The notes beneath the pieces were generated by a model. It did no database searches, was not told the DNA's origin, and worked only from the letters and a program-made list of their open reading frames with translations. Source: Maribacter ulvicola (lineage in GTDB: Bacteria; Bacteroidota; Bacteroidia; Flavobacteriales; Flavobacteriaceae). Taken from it: 32,000 bases of DNA. Positions 30,795 to 32,000 of this stretch are shown here, in pieces (positions within the stretch are counted from its first letter, which is position 1; every line of letters begins with the position of its first letter). The DNA lies in NCBI RefSeq assembly GCF_900155985.1, contig NZ_FTMA01000001.1, positions 1,714,655-1,746,654 of the forward strand, read 5' to 3'. The translations under genes were made by a program, and so were the position numbers.

Positions 30795-30989
30795 GCTATT
30801 GTTGTTTAACCATTTTTCTCTCTAACCTATCTAGTATTGAACTGATCGGTATTGCAGCATTTGTTGTTTTCTTACCTGTATTTTATTTTTTCATAAAAAA
30901 AATGAATAGCAATGAATAGACTTGTATCATGGTTTTGCTACGGGTGTCCTATAAACCGTAACCTTACTCATTTTCAAGGATGTTTTTTA

Positions 30990-32000
30990 TTAATTTCTAA
31001 CCGTAGATTTTCTAATATTCAATACACCATCCATAATAATAGTTTCTTGATCAGAATTGCCGTTATTAATATGTTTTAATAGAAGCTCTGCTGCTTTTTT
31101 GCCTATTTCGTGGGTAGGTTGCCGTACGCTGCTTAACTGTGGCGTTATAAGTTCTGCCATACGCGTTTCGGTAAAACCCATTACGGTAATATCTTCCGGA
31201 ACTCTATAACCACTGTCCTTTAAAATTTTTATCGCTCCCATGGCCACATGGTCGTTTTCACAAAATAAAGCATCTGGTAGGTTCTGGCTATTAATTAATT
31301 CTTTAACGGTATCAATACCTTGGTTAGAAAACAGTCCGGTTTCTATAATCTTATAATTTTCTTTTGGAATGTTATGCTTTTTTAATGCTCGGATAAAACC
31401 TTTTATGCGTTCACCAGAAACACATAAATTCTTGTGTCCCGCTAAATGAAAAATTCTCTTGTTACCTTGTGCAATAAGATGTTCTGTGGCAAAAAAGCTC
31501 CATTTTTCATTATCGAACAAAATTTTAGAAGCTTTTAGGCTTTTTTCCACCCTGTTCATGAATACAATAGGGAACCCGTTGTCTCTTTGTTTAAGGTAAT
31601 AATCCATATTATCGTTCGCTGCTGTAGGTGCTATGATCAATCCATCCATCATGTTTTGCATCAGGGTTTTAACATTTGCTAACTCCTGTTCCTGATTTTC
31701 GTCTGACTGCATAACCAAAATTTGGTACCCTTGCGATGTGAAAATATCTTGTATTGCAATTATTATTTCTGAATAAAATTCATTTATAAATTCTGGAACT
31801 ACGATACCAATATTAAAGGTTTTCTTCTGACTTAGTTTTTTTGCGATCGGATTTGGAAAATACCCCATCTCTTCTGCTGTTTTTAATATAAGCTCTTTGG
31901 TTTCTTTTTTGATATCATATTTATCGTTAAAAGCTCTTGATACCGAAGAAATTGAAACATTCAATTTTTTAGCGACATCTTTTATGGTAACGTATTTCAT
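30990..32000 (-). CDS. LacI/GalR-family transcriptional repressor
   Basis: The protein is 336 aa. The N-terminal HTH is MKYVTIKDVAKKLNVSISSVSRAFN, followed by a periplasmic-binding-protein-like sugar-binding core. The start codon occupies 31998-32000, exactly at the window edge, so its promoter and operator are outside the window. Confidence 0.9.
   Translation of the reverse strand: MKYVTIKDVAKKLNVSISSVSRAFNDKYDIKKETKELILKTAEEMGYFPNPIAKKLSQKKTFNIGIVVPEFINEFYSEIIIAIQDIFTSQGYQILVMQSDENQEQELANVKTLMQNMMDGLIIAPTAANDNMDYYLKQRDNGFPIVFMNRVEKSLKASKILFDNEKWSFFATEHLIAQGNKRIFHLAGHKNLCVSGERIKGFIRALKKHNIPKENYKIIETGLFSNQGIDTVKELINSQNLPDALFCENDHVAMGAIKILKDSGYRVPEDITVMGFTETRMAELITPQLSSVRQPTHEIGKKAAELLLKHINNGNSDQETIIMDGVLNIRKSTVRN

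Noticed and set aside
30640-30812. Stop-free stretches of ~57 codons occur on both strands of the GH2-lacI intergenic region. The minus-strand reading is ...TGPIGINVNPIGPKILLATSPNGLSLNWGNISPKAPSS.
   Set aside because: There is no start codon, no RBS context and no recognisable family. I treat this as a sequence feature (see findings), not as a CDS.

Overview
This is a low-GC, densely coding segment that looks like a marine Flavobacteriia (Bacteroidota) chromosome. The indicators are SusC/SusD, a hybrid two-component regulator, an ECF sigma/FecR pair and many lipobox signal peptides. I saw no rRNA, tRNA, CRISPR array, transposase or integrase. The window splits into three blocks. Block A (1-14561, all + strand) holds a 5'-truncated glycosidase-like gene, a divergent GH92 alpha-mannosidase, a PI-PLC-like lipoprotein, a 600-aa metallophosphoesterase lipoprotein, a hybrid two-component system regulator (HTCS), a eukaryote-like myo-inositol oxygenase and a Na+/solute symporter. 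I read this block as a candidate locus for glycosylated inositol-phosphate lipids or glycans. Block B (15073-22006, - strand) is an ECF sigma, FecR anti-sigma, STN-domain SusC and SusD trans-envelope signalling core. A terminator-like hairpin oriented for the opposite strand sits in the fecR-susC gap and suggests a cis-antisense sRNA. Block C (22277-30482, + strand, divergent from B) is a tightly packed three-gene operon. It contains a GH63/MGH1-like alpha-glycosidase, a 1008-aa cytoplasmic fusion (hydroxylysine-kinase-like APH domain, M23 peptidase domain, ETNPPL/PHYKPL-type phospho-lyase domain) and a LacZ-like GH2 beta-galactosidase. My main hypothesis is that B and C together form an undescribed system for Glc-alpha1,2-Gal-beta-O-hydroxylysine (collagen-type) glycopeptides. 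A LacI-family repressor ends the window. A LysR gene remnant marks the A/B junction. All functional assignments come from motifs read by eye and recalled family knowledge; no searches were run.
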